Position numbers and translations under genes: made by a program. Shown here one piece after another: positions 1-9,452 of a DNA stretch of 32,000 nt. Source of the DNA: Promethearchaeum syntrophicum (GTDB lineage Archaea > Asgardarchaeota > Lokiarchaeia > Sigyniarchaeales > Promethearchaeaceae); the NCBI RefSeq assembly GCF_008000775.2, contig NZ_CP042905.2, forward strand, positions 480,001 to 512,000, in the 5' to 3' direction. The notes under the pieces were generated by a model. The model was not told the DNA's origin and made no database searches. It was given only the letters and a program-made list of their open reading frames with translations. How positions within the stretch are numbered: position 1 is the first letter of the stretch; each line of letters opens with the position of its first letter.

Positions 1-2
1 AT

Positions 3-2648
3 CATTTATATGAATTTTTCTCACAATTTTTCCTAAGGAATAATCATATAATATTTCAAGAATCTGATTACCTTTCTCGGAATTTAGAAAGTTCTCATAA
101 TGCACTAATCAAAGATAAATATTATTATAATAAGTCCGCATTTATTGAGAATTTGGTTATTGAATTAGAAGATGGGTTCATACTTGAATTTAAATTGACT
201 TTTAAAGAATCTAAAAAAGAAGGAAAAGCCAAACGAAATTTCTTTTTTATTCTTGAAAAAGACCTAAATCCCGTTAATTACAATTCTCGAGAGAAAAAAC
301 TTACTGTATATTTCCAATATCGACAATTGCAAGAAGAAGAGGTGAAGGGTTCTAAACGTTCAATTCGAAAAACCTTGAAAAAACTCTGCTATAATTCCAT
401 TTGCAACAGTATTAAAGATCCTACCCTTCTCGATATTCTTAAAAAAAACCACAGATCTGACGAATCTGACAATCTAACATTTTATTTGGACTTCTATTAT
501 TTAGAAAACGATTCGGACAGGTTCTTATATAAAGATTTAGGAAAATTTATGAAATTAAATCTTAAAAATTATATTCACAAGCAAATATTACCCAATATGT
601 TTAGTACCGTAGAAAATGGAAGAAATTTTGAAATTTTAAGGAAGAATATTAAATCTTTTGAATATGTTAGCAATGAGATAATTGATCTTTTGGCAAAAAT
701 TGAAGAAATCAAAAAGAAATTGTTTCTCAAGAAGAAATTTGTATCGAATACTAATTATGGAATAAGCCTGAAGAAAATTCCCGTCAAATATTACAGAGAA
801 ATCATAGAAAATGGAGATCAAATTACTCAATGGGATGAAATATTAAACTTTAATTCTTTAAACAAAGACGGGGCAAGCCTAAACTTGGAAGTTTTAAAAT
901 CGTATCCATTTTTAGTCGTTGACACCAAAAATTTCTCTAGGGATTTCAAATTCAGGTTAATTTCAGATATTCCCGATTTACACGCTTCAATCCAAGGGAT
1001 ATTAATTAAAAGTGAGAATTTTCAAGCAATGAACTTACTTTTAAAAAACCTGAAGGACTCAATTAAGTGCGTATATATTGATCCTCCATATAATACAGGT
1101 CAAAAATTTCTCTATAATGATAGTTTTGAAAGAGAAGCATGGCTTACGATGATGAAAAATAGATTAGAATTAGCAAAAAATCTTTTAAGTAGCGATGGTA
1201 TCTTTTTTTCCAGCATAGATGATAATGAATTGGCATATTACTCCATATTGATTGAGAAAATATTCAAAAAGCGATTAAACACCATAATATGGCATAAGAA
1301 AACTCAACCTTCATTTTTATCTAAAGAATTAATTTCTGTTACGGAATATATCGTTGTGGCAAAAAAGAAAAATGAACCTGTTAAATTGATGGGGGGGTAT
1401 GGAAATTTAAAAAAATTAACTGAATTAATTAATATTGGTAATTCTGTATGTGAAAGAACCTTAAACAATGAAAATTTATTAATTAATTCAGGAAATTGGT
1501 CTGGAACATTGACAAATGGTTTATATGGAAAAGAAAAATTGAAAGTTGAACTGCTAAATGGACCTATTCATGTCAAAGATGGTATCCCCAATAAAAATCT
1601 AAAATTAAAAACTAGATTTAAATGGTCTCAAGATCGAATCAATCTTGAAATTGGAAAAGGAGGGTTAATCCATATCAAGAATATTAAATCTTTACGACCC
1701 ACTATTCAACGGTTTTATGATAAACCAATTATTAAAGCTCCAACCACTTTGCTTTCAAAAAAGATAAATTCTCTACCCACTAATACAGATGCTAATGCGG
1801 AACTAAAAAACCTGTTCAAAATTTCAACTTTCGACTATTCTAAACCATCAGAATTGATAAAATATTTAATCCGTGCAGTTTCATATTTTGAAAAGGAGGG
1901 AACAATCTTAGATTTTTTTGCTGGAACTGGAACAACCGCTCAATCGACTTTAGAACTTAATTCTTCTGATAATGGAACTCGAAAATACGTTTTAATTGAA
2001 AAAGAAGAATATTTCGAAAAATTACTTATACCAAGAATCCAGAAAATTATGTTTTCATCAAAATGGAAAGATGGATTTCCAGTTTCTAAGGAAGGGTATA
2101 ATCATATATATAAATCTGTACGTTTGGAGCAATTTAGCGATTGTTTTTGGAATTTACGACTTAAGGGAAAACCAAATTCATATCCCGAAAGGTCTGATAG
2201 AAAAATTAAGTACATCATCGATTGGGATAATAAGGAATTTCCAATATCACTAAATTTTAAAAAATTTGATAGTCCATTTGAGTATAAAATAAATCTAAAT
2301 GAAAATGGAGTTTTACAAGAGAAAAATATCGATTTGATTGAAACGTTCAATTTACTTTTAGGACTGACAGTCATAGATTCAAAAATATTTTCGCATCAAG
2401 ATAGAAATTATTATATTATTTATGGAAATTTAAATAAAACGGAAATTATTAAAGTTTTAGTTATTTGGCGTGTTACTATTGAGCTAAACTTAGACCAAGA
2501 TCTAAAATATTTGGCAGAAAAAATTATTCCTCAATTTAACGCGGACGAAATTTATTTAAACGGAGAATTCTCGCTTAAAAACGCAAAATCCATCGGTCTT
2601 TCTTTTAATAAACTGATGTTTCAAATTGATCAAATCGAAAATACCTAA
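3..2648 (+). CDS. Site-specific DNA methyltransferase, beta-class N6-adenine/N4-cytosine type (type III Mod-like), 5'-truncated by window edge
   Basis: DPPY motif (IDPPYNTGQKFLYND) followed by FxGxG motif (DFFAGTGTTAQS). The frame stays open upstream of the track's TTG start to base 3, encoding ...HLYEFFSQFFLRNNHIIFQESDYLSRNLESS...YYYNKSAFIENLVIELEDGF, so 153 is unlikely to be the true start. Confidence 0.9.
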   Translation, partial: HLYEFFSQFFLRNNHIIFQESDYLSRNLESSHNALIKDKYYYNKSAFIENLVIELEDGFILEFKLTFKESKKEGKAKRNFFFILEKDLNPVNYNSREKKLTVYFQYRQLQEEEVKGSKRSIRKTLKKLCYNSICNSIKDPTLLDILKKNHRSDESDNLTFYLDFYYLENDSDRFLYKDLGKFMKLNLKNYIHKQILPNMFSTVENGRNFEILRKNIKSFEYVSNEIIDLLAKIEEIKKKLFLKKKFVSNTNYGISLKKIPVKYYREIIENGDQITQWDEILNFNSLNKDGASLNLEVLKSYPFLVVDTKNFSRDFKFRLISDIPDLHASIQGILIKSENFQAMNLLLKNLKDSIKCVYIDPPYNTGQKFLYNDSFEREAWLTMMKNRLELAKNLLSSDGIFFSSIDDNELAYYSILIEKIFKKRLNTIIWHKKTQPSFLSKELISVTEYIVVAKKKNEPVKLMGGYGNLKKLTELINIGNSVCERTLNNENLLINSGNWSGTLTNGLYGKEKLKVELLNGPIHVKDGIPNKNLKLKTRFKWSQDRINLEIGKGGLIHIKNIKSLRPTIQRFYDKPIIKAPTTLLSKKINSLPTNTDANAELKNLFKISTFDYSKPSELIKYLIRAVSYFEKEGTILDFFAGTGTTAQSTLELNSSDNGTRKYVLIEKEEYFEKLLIPRIQKIMFSSKWKDGFPVSKEGYNHIYKSVRLEQFSDCFWNLRLKGKPNSYPERSDRKIKYIIDWDNKEFPISLNFKKFDSPFEYKINLNENGVLQEKNIDLIETFNLLLGLTVIDSKIFSHQDRNYYIIYGNLNKTEIIKVLVIWRVTIELNLDQDLKYLAEKIIPQFNADEIYLNGEFSLKNAKSIGLSFNKLMFQIDQIENT

Positions 2649-2696
2649 AAGGGATAAAAAATAAACAATATTGACTTTGAATGAGAGAGGAGACCT

Positions 2697-3716
2697 ATGA
2701 AGTTTACATACTACATTTTATCAGATATTGTTCAAAATCGCCCAAATATAGAACAATTTGAATTAAGTTTAGATGATTTAGGAGAAAAATACAATCCAGA
2801 CGAATTAAAAAAAACATGTAAGTGCTGCTTTTTAGATGTAAATTTAGATCCTTCAGAAATCCTCGATTATAATCAAAATCAAGAAATCCTCGATTTATTA
2901 ACCATTTTGGATATTAGCTTAGATACTTTTGAAGAAATTATAGAAGACAGTCGCCCTCGGTTAGATGATTATGGTGATTATATGTTTATCTTGTTTAAAT
3001 CAGTTGAAAAACATCCGACTGATGTTGAAGGAAAGAAAGAATATCAGTGTGGATTAATTGCTTTTGAGAATGTTGTAATTTCTATTCATAGTGGGGTTCC
3101 TGTAGAATTAAATCGTTTGTTTCGAATGTTTTCTAGAAATCCTCAGATGTTAATACAAGGAGGGATTACCTATTTAATAACTCGCTATATCGATACATTG
3201 ATTGATCCAATATATTTAGTTCTTGATGGTTGGCGAAAAGTTTCTGATGATATAGAATGGAAAATTTTAACAGATCAAACCCTTGAGAAAAAGATAATAT
3301 TGAATACATTAATCGGAGTTAGAGAATCTCTCTTTGACATGGTTAAAATCCTTCAAGCAAATCGAGAAGTTGTTAATCGGATGAAATCTGTAAAATTTCC
3401 GCAAATTAAAAATGATTTCATCCCTCCTGAATTAGATGATCATATAAAACATCTCTTAGACGAATCAGATATTATGAGATCGGTTATTTCAGATTTAATG
3501 AATATGTATTTCAATGCCGAGTCAAGTAAATTAAATAAAAACTTATCCAGGTTTACCTTTGCAACCGCTATTTTATTACTTCCTAATCTCATTGCTGGAA
3601 TTTTTGGTATGAACAATAAATTTTTTCCAGATTTTTCTTTTTGGTGGGCTATCGTAATTATGGTTGCAAGTATGGGTGTTGTGTGGATAATATTCAAAAA
3701 ATGGAGATTAATTTAA
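2697..3716 (+). CDS. corA: CorA-like Mg2+/Co2+ transporter
   Basis: C-terminal GMN signature (FGMNNKFFPDFSFWWAIVIM) between two TM segments; long cytoplasmic helical N-terminal domain. Confidence 0.88.
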   Translation: MKFTYYILSDIVQNRPNIEQFELSLDDLGEKYNPDELKKTCKCCFLDVNLDPSEILDYNQNQEILDLLTILDISLDTFEEIIEDSRPRLDDYGDYMFILFKSVEKHPTDVEGKKEYQCGLIAFENVVISIHSGVPVELNRLFRMFSRNPQMLIQGGITYLITRYIDTLIDPIYLVLDGWRKVSDDIEWKILTDQTLEKKIILNTLIGVRESLFDMVKILQANREVVNRMKSVKFPQIKNDFIPPELDDHIKHLLDESDIMRSVISDLMNMYFNAESSKLNKNLSRFTFATAILLLPNLIAGIFGMNNKFFPDFSFWWAIVIMVASMGVVWIIFKKWRLI

Positions 3717-3791
3717 ACAGAATTTTGAATACAATTGATCTCAAATTTTTTAAATGGAAAATTTTATTGATTTTGCTACATTCTTTTTAAT

Positions 3792-4883
3792 ATGGAAGAA
3801 AGGTCGATCACTATCGGCTTGCTTGGTGCAAACCACAATATAACCAAATTAATCGGAGAATCCCTTGGAACTCCAGGAACTCAGTCAGATTTACAATTTT
3901 ACAATCGTCTGGATTCAAATTTAAACATTGTATTAACCGGGGTTGCACCGATTGGATATCCTGAAAAGATTAAATCTTTATTGCAGACTTGTGCTGAAAC
4001 ATCAATTCATGTAATGATTATCGATGCTGAAACAGGAATAACTCCAGAAATAGGTGAAATTATGGTAGCTATGAATTTGTATGGTGAACATTTTAGTTCA
4101 ACAACAAAACCGATTGCTGCTATTGGAGGAATTACAACAGCAAATGAATGGAGAATTGAAGAAATTAAAAAGCAACTACCAAAATTAACTGCAAATACGG
4201 TTTTAAAAGATATGTCCCTCTATACTCTTAAAACTCGCGAGGATTATCAACATTTAAAGCAAGCAATAGTTGATTTGGATAAAACTATTGTCAGAACAGA
4301 TCCTAATGATGTTCCCTATAGCAAAGTGTTAATTGATCATGTGTTCCCAGTAAAAGGTGTCGGAACTGTTGCATTAGGTTTAGTTTTCCAAGGGCAAATT
4401 AAAGCAGGTGAAATGTATGATCTTATCCCTGTTCAAAAAAAAGTCATTCTTAGGTCTATTCAAAAGTTTGATCGAGATTTTAAAACCGCTGAACAAGGTG
4501 ATCGTGTTGGATTAGCTTTAAAGGGTGTAAAATCTGAAAAAATTGACCGAAATACCATTTTTTGCACCATGGGAGCATTAGAAACCACAGATCAGTTCAA
4601 ATCAAAATTTTATGTGTCCCCTTATTACCGCCCTCAAAATATAAATGGAAAAATTTCTCCAAATGATCCAAAAACCTATCATTTGATTGCAGATTTGGGT
4701 ATTAGTCCTATTAAATTAATAGATGGGGATGATATTAATCCTGGAAAAAATGGAATCATTACTTTGAAATTAGAAAAAGCGCTGGCACATGATTCTGAAG
4801 GATTAAAAGGGATAATTGCTGATTTTGGACCATTTGAAAATAAACTAAGAATTGTCGGTTACGTTGAATCGATTGGTGATTAG
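3792..4883 (+). CDS. EF-1A/SelB-like translation factor homologue with degenerate GTPase domain and intact-looking beta-barrel domains
   Basis: N-terminus ITIGLLGANHNITKLIGESLGTPGTQSDLQFYNR aligns to the G-domain start but lacks GHVDHGK; no NKxD. Domain 2-like KVLIDHVFPVKGVGTVALGLVFQGQIKAGEMYDLIP is typical of EF-Tu/SelB family proteins. Confidence 0.75.
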   Translation: MEERSITIGLLGANHNITKLIGESLGTPGTQSDLQFYNRLDSNLNIVLTGVAPIGYPEKIKSLLQTCAETSIHVMIIDAETGITPEIGEIMVAMNLYGEHFSSTTKPIAAIGGITTANEWRIEEIKKQLPKLTANTVLKDMSLYTLKTREDYQHLKQAIVDLDKTIVRTDPNDVPYSKVLIDHVFPVKGVGTVALGLVFQGQIKAGEMYDLIPVQKKVILRSIQKFDRDFKTAEQGDRVGLALKGVKSEKIDRNTIFCTMGALETTDQFKSKFYVSPYYRPQNINGKISPNDPKTYHLIADLGISPIKLIDGDDINPGKNGIITLKLEKALAHDSEGLKGIIADFGPFENKLRIVGYVESIGD

Positions 4884-4899
4884 GGTCAATCCAATCATA

Positions 4900-5541
4900 T
4901 CATTTATACATATATGCGGGATAAATTTTCTCTTTCTTTTTCTCATATTTGAAGTTAAATCTCATAGAATCTCCTCTGTCTGTATAATTACATAGAAAAT
5001 CTAAATTCTTTAGCGATTTAATAAAAGAAGAAACGTCTTGCTTATTTTCTGCAAAATTTAGTCTAATTTCGAGATTTTGGGCATCAACGACAATAATATC
5101 TGACATTTTTTGACCTATATTTAAGATGGAAGTGATCATATCTTTCATCGCTGTGGCTATTAATTGTATTTTGGACGAATGCTTGATTATCGCGAATAAT
5201 TGCATTTCATTTGCATCATATTGGAATTTCAGACCGATTAGAGCACTTTTTCCTTGGATCGAACGAAAAATAAGATTAAACGGGGATACATGTAGTTTTA
5301 TGAATTTTTTATCTTGAATGGTAAAGGTTGCAGGAAAATCGTAGTTTTGCCATTTTTCTACTAGATCGTAAAGAATGTCAACATCTTTTCCAATGGATTT
5401 TATAATTATCTTATCGGATTTACAAATTATTATGTCAAAAATAAAGTCGGAGGGATACAAAAGAAGATCAATTATGAATTTGAGGAATATATTCGTGTTT
5501 TGATTAAACTCAAAATTATCGATTGTTGACATATCATTCAA
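4900..5541 (-). CDS. Hypothetical protein, 213 aa, soluble, no recognised domain
   Basis: Long ORF with no competing frame; no family motifs recognised. Confidence 0.6.
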   Translation of the reverse strand: MNDMSTIDNFEFNQNTNIFLKFIIDLLLYPSDFIFDIIICKSDKIIIKSIGKDVDILYDLVEKWQNYDFPATFTIQDKKFIKLHVSPFNLIFRSIQGKSALIGLKFQYDANEMQLFAIIKHSSKIQLIATAMKDMITSILNIGQKMSDIIVVDAQNLEIRLNFAENKQDVSSFIKSLKNLDFLCNYTDRGDSMRFNFKYEKKKEKIYPAYMYK

Positions 5542-5713
5542 CTATATACTACTCTCATAGAATTTTAAAGATTTGTAAAATATTTCCCGAAATTATGCAT
5601 AAGTTAATTAAATCTTTGTTCGTTGGAACAGAAACCCTCACAATAAATAGATTACTCCTTATGAGTTCATCAAGGTAAAGTTTTATTAATCGTGTTTATA
5701 TTAGGAATTCAAA

Positions 5714-6685
5714 GTGGCGTCTGAACTTAATATACCAAATAGAGTACTTAATTGGTTGTTAGAACCTTCAAATCCTTCAGTGCGCTATAGAACATTAATT
5801 GAATTACTTGATGGTTCTTCTAACGATTCCGAAATTCAACAAACTTATAACGAGATACTGAACTGGAAGCCCGTAGTGAAAATTAAAAAAGCGATGCATC
5901 CAGATGGTTATTGGGAAGTTAAGGTCGATAAGGGAAAAATAGTGGGTAAGGGTACGGAATATCGAACTTTTAATACAACTCATTGGGTATTGGGGTACCT
6001 TGCAGAATATGGACTCACACGAAAAGAGAAATTTATCGATCTTGCTAGTAACCGCTATTTAAATCTTCAAAAAAAAGATGGGGATTTCTGGCAACACTTA
6101 TCCTGTCTGTATGGGTTAAATCTTCATACATTTTCAAAACTTGGCTTCGAATCAGACCCTCGAATCCAAAAAACCCTTGATTTGGTAGCGTCATCAATTA
6201 GATATGATAACGGTTATTTATGTGATCTTCATGAAGGTAAAAAGAGGAAAGGGAGAGATGTCAAGAGCTGTTTTAGGGGAACTTTAAAAATTTTATTTGG
6301 ACTCAGTGAATATCCCTCAACTTGGACACATTCAAAGGTAAAGTTGCTTCTCGACTATTTCCTAAACCGTGAACTCTTATTTAAGAAGAATAAACCATAC
6401 GAATTAGTCGTAAAAAATGCAGGACTTTTGGTTTTTCCCTTTACATATCGAGCCAGTTTATTGGAAAGCCTCTACCCTCTTCTCAAAATGGGTTATGGTA
6501 GTCATCCCAAAGTTATAAGAGCATGGAAACTCTTTGAATCAAAAAAACTGCTTAACGGCAGGTTTCCATTAGAGTGGAATCCCCCTAATAAATACCTTAA
6601 ACCCGGTAATAAAGGAGACGTAAATAAATGGGTTACATTTTATGCATATCTTCTCTATAAATTGAAAAATACAGAGAATAGTTGA
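5714..6685 (+). CDS. Alpha/alpha-toroid (squalene cyclase/prenyltransferase-like fold) protein, function unknown
   Basis: GTG start. Repeated helical segments with 'W.L..LaeyGl...e', 'YLNLQKKDGDFWQHLSCLYG', 'DNGYLCD..'; resembles terpenoid-cyclase-like toroid repeats. Confidence 0.5.
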   Translation: MASELNIPNRVLNWLLEPSNPSVRYRTLIELLDGSSNDSEIQQTYNEILNWKPVVKIKKAMHPDGYWEVKVDKGKIVGKGTEYRTFNTTHWVLGYLAEYGLTRKEKFIDLASNRYLNLQKKDGDFWQHLSCLYGLNLHTFSKLGFESDPRIQKTLDLVASSIRYDNGYLCDLHEGKKRKGRDVKSCFRGTLKILFGLSEYPSTWTHSKVKLLLDYFLNRELLFKKNKPYELVVKNAGLLVFPFTYRASLLESLYPLLKMGYGSHPKVIRAWKLFESKKLLNGRFPLEWNPPNKYLKPGNKGDVNKWVTFYAYLLYKLKNTENS

Positions 6686-6800
6686 TATTTCAAATTTTTT
6701 CTCTTTATAGTTTTACGGTTGTCGGGAAGTAATAAATTATATTTCATCCTTGAAATCCGAGCTCGTAAACTATATATTCTCTCACTCAGATTTCTAATCC

Positions 6801-7166
6801 ATGGGAAAAGTCACAAAAGTTCTCCTATTACTAAAAAATATGGTGTATGAATCCACTAGTCCTTTGGAGACTCTCCGTTTTGCCCGATATTACAAAAAAA
6901 AAGGGTTACTTGTTGATGTGGTGCTTTGGGGACCAATGGGCATCATTTTAGGAAAAAAGAATAAGATTGGGCGCGATCGATATGAAGAAGAAATGATTGA
7001 ATGTTTAGAAATGGGGGTTAAGTTTACTTGTTGTGATCTGGCTGCCCGGTTGATCGGCATGGATAAATCCGAATTAATGGAAGGAATAGAAATGGTTCCA
7101 TCCAATCGCGTTGCGGAAATGCTTTTACAATATCAAGAACAGGATCAGCTTATCATCTCTCTGTAA
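6801..7166 (+). CDS. DsrE/DsrF-like small sulfur-relay family protein
   Basis: KVLLLLKNMVYESTSPLETLRFARYYKKKGLLVDVVLWGPMGIIL...GVKFTCCDLAARLIGMD: DsrE-like alpha/beta pattern with a conserved-position Cys. Confidence 0.65.
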   Translation: MGKVTKVLLLLKNMVYESTSPLETLRFARYYKKKGLLVDVVLWGPMGIILGKKNKIGRDRYEEEMIECLEMGVKFTCCDLAARLIGMDKSELMEGIEMVPSNRVAEMLLQYQEQDQLIISL

Positions 7167-7230
7167 ATTTTTCCTTTCCAATGAATAGTTTTTTTTTACT
7201 TGATTGTACTATAATCCATAGGTAATCTAA

Positions 7231-7626
7231 ATGGTAAAAGAAATAATTAGTACATCTAATGCTCCTAAAGCTTTAGGCCCATATTCACAAGCTGTCAAAA
7301 TAGATAAATCCTTATATATTTCGGGACAGATCGCTATTGATCCCAAAACAGGTGATATTCCAGAAGGTATCGAGGCTCAAACCCATCAGATATTCTCAAA
7401 TATTAAAGCAATATTAGATTCAGTGGGATTTTCTTTAAGCGATGTAGTGAGTTGTGATGTTTATATGAAAAATCTAAAGGACTTTCCCTTAATGAATAAA
7501 ATTTATGCAGAAATATTCGATCCTTTCTGTAATAAAAGCGGATACCCCTCAAGAGCCACAGTTGAAGTTTCTAATATCCCAAAGGGTGCTCTTCTGGAAA
7601 TAAAAACTATTGCAATAAAAAAATAA
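7231..7626 (+). CDS. ridA: RidA family (YjgF/YER057c/UK114) reactive intermediate deaminase
   Basis: Full-length match to family pattern: APKALGPYSQAVKIDKSLYISGQIAIDPKTG...GFSLSDVVSCDVYMKNLKDFPLMNKIYAEIF...PSRATVEVSNIPKGALLEIKTIAI. Confidence 0.95.
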   Translation: MVKEIISTSNAPKALGPYSQAVKIDKSLYISGQIAIDPKTGDIPEGIEAQTHQIFSNIKAILDSVGFSLSDVVSCDVYMKNLKDFPLMNKIYAEIFDPFCNKSGYPSRATVEVSNIPKGALLEIKTIAIKK

Positions 7627-7697
7627 TTTTTTTTTTTCAAATTCTTTTTGGCATCTAAAAATTTTATAACTTCAAACTTCATTTTCTAATTAAGATA

Positions 7698-8759
7698 ATG
7701 AAAATCAGCAGAATTTTTGTGATGATTTTTGGAATTTCAATTCCGATATATATTTTGTATTTATTTTATTTTCGTGAAGATATTGAATTTTTATTAACAT
7801 GGCTTCCAAGTGATTGGGGGTATAATAGTGTAATCATCTGGACATCGGCTAATGTGGTTGCCCCTATATTATATTGTTTTGGTTGGCTATATTTTAACTT
7901 CATTTTAGCTAAAAGATTTGCTTCAACCTTTGAATTAATGCAAGAAACATCTAGTATGATATCTGCTCATTATATTTTATTTTATGGTGTTTGTGCACTT
8001 GCAATGCTTGTTTCTTTCCTAATTCCAATTTTAACACCAATTGTTGGAATCCTTGCTTTTTCATCACTTGCATTTAATCTTTCAACTAGAAAATCTAATT
8101 GGGAAGATTTTGATAAGAAAAAGAAAAGTTGGGTAAAAGTTTTTATATTCATTGTTGATATTCCTGTAATTTTTTGCTCAATTCTCGTTATTCCGGAAAT
8201 AATTTCGATTTCTGTTACTTTTTTCTTAGCATTTATGAATGTGATGATAGAACCTCTTTATACATCCATTAGAGCACTGGGTGTAGCTCTCCCGATAGGA
8301 AATTTCATTTTACTTTATCAAAATGCCACTCAAAGTAGTAATGTCGGAAAACGGCTTGATCTTTCTGGTAAGAAAAATTTAAATATTGCTATGGTTGAAA
8401 TCTTGATCGCCGCATCTTTTATATTTTTAGAATATAGATTAGTTCCAACAAGTACTGGATATCAATTCTTCCAATATCTTTACTATATTGGTATTATTTT
8501 CTGGATTTTATCATTTATTGCAAATATCGTTCAAGGAAGAAACAAAAAAGGGACCTTTAATCAAGAAGGAGTTCCACCACAAAGTCCACTTTCTCTCGTA
8601 ATGTATGGAATATTTTGGGTTGCTACAATGGTATTTGGAAATAAAACTTTAGTAATAGATGAATGGGTACGTTATTTAGTGGTTAGCTTAGGTGGTTTCA
8701 TCTTTATTGCGATATTTCTTCTCATTTTCATAGGGCATCCCGATATTGAAGACACTTAA
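7698..8759 (+). CDS. Polytopic membrane protein of unknown function
   Basis: About 9-10 hydrophobic segments; no recognised family motif. Confidence 0.6.
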   Translation: MKISRIFVMIFGISIPIYILYLFYFREDIEFLLTWLPSDWGYNSVIIWTSANVVAPILYCFGWLYFNFILAKRFASTFELMQETSSMISAHYILFYGVCALAMLVSFLIPILTPIVGILAFSSLAFNLSTRKSNWEDFDKKKKSWVKVFIFIVDIPVIFCSILVIPEIISISVTFFLAFMNVMIEPLYTSIRALGVALPIGNFILLYQNATQSSNVGKRLDLSGKKNLNIAMVEILIAASFIFLEYRLVPTSTGYQFFQYLYYIGIIFWILSFIANIVQGRNKKGTFNQEGVPPQSPLSLVMYGIFWVATMVFGNKTLVIDEWVRYLVVSLGGFIFIAIFLLIFIGHPDIEDT

Positions 8760-8774
8760 ATTTTTTTTTCTCAC

Positions 8775-9395
8775 CTATGATAAGAAATTTTGAAGATTTT
8801 CTACATTGATAAAGTCAACCTGGGCATTTTGTGCAGCTTGCTCATCCACAACTGAATCTCCAATAAAAAGAACATTTTCACGTTTTAAATTATATGCGTT
8901 AATTACTCGAAGGATACCTTCTGGATTGGGTTTGGCATTTTCAACATCGTCTCGTCCAATGATTATCTTAAACTTATGAACCATTCCGCGTTGAATTAAT
9001 ATTTCCATAATAGTTTCATGGAAATTTGAGCTTATTATTCCAAAAAACGTATCATAGTGGATTATTTCTCCGATTTTATCTAATCCTTGATTAGCCAGCC
9101 ACATTGGAGAGTATTTTTTCTCATTTGCCGCGTCTACTTCACGATTTTCTAAATAATTATAGTAAAATTGTTTTTCATCTTCTCCCTTTTCTTTCTTAAT
9201 ATAGTCAAACATTGCATAAAATCGATTGAAATGAGTAATTTCTTCTCCAAATTTCGACTTGTAATGATTCAAAATATAATCTTTAATTTCTCCCCAAGAA
9301 ATATGTAAATCAAATAACGTGCCATCGAAATCAAAAAGAATTGAAGAACAAGTTTTAAGTATAGATTCTAATTTTTCCTTGGAATTAACAATCAT
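8775..9395 (-). CDS. HAD-superfamily hydrolase (phosphoglycolate phosphatase-like)
   Basis: Motif I LFDFDGTLFDLH; motif II-like FFGIISSN; motif III/IV K...GRDDVENAKPNPEGI...VLFIGDSVVDEQAA. Confidence 0.88.
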   Translation of the reverse strand: MIVNSKEKLESILKTCSSILFDFDGTLFDLHISWGEIKDYILNHYKSKFGEEITHFNRFYAMFDYIKKEKGEDEKQFYYNYLENREVDAANEKKYSPMWLANQGLDKIGEIIHYDTFFGIISSNFHETIMEILIQRGMVHKFKIIIGRDDVENAKPNPEGILRVINAYNLKRENVLFIGDSVVDEQAAQNAQVDFINVENLQNFLS

Positions 9396-9452
9396 TTTTT
9401 GCTTCTACGGTAAAATTAGATTCAAGAGTTAAAAAATATTAGTTATTAGTTT

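Noticed and set aside
2102-2374. Antisense ORFs such as 2102..2374, 3440..3697, 10210..10569, 17353..17691, 21235..21477, 31228..31542
   Set aside because: They lie opposite or overlap confidently assigned genes, have no recognisable motifs and look like spurious shadow ORFs.
6801-7626. DsrE-like + RidA as a dedicated sulfur relay operon
   Set aside because: No TusA/DsrC/DsrF partners nearby, and RidA is a generic enamine deaminase; co-orientation alone is insufficient.
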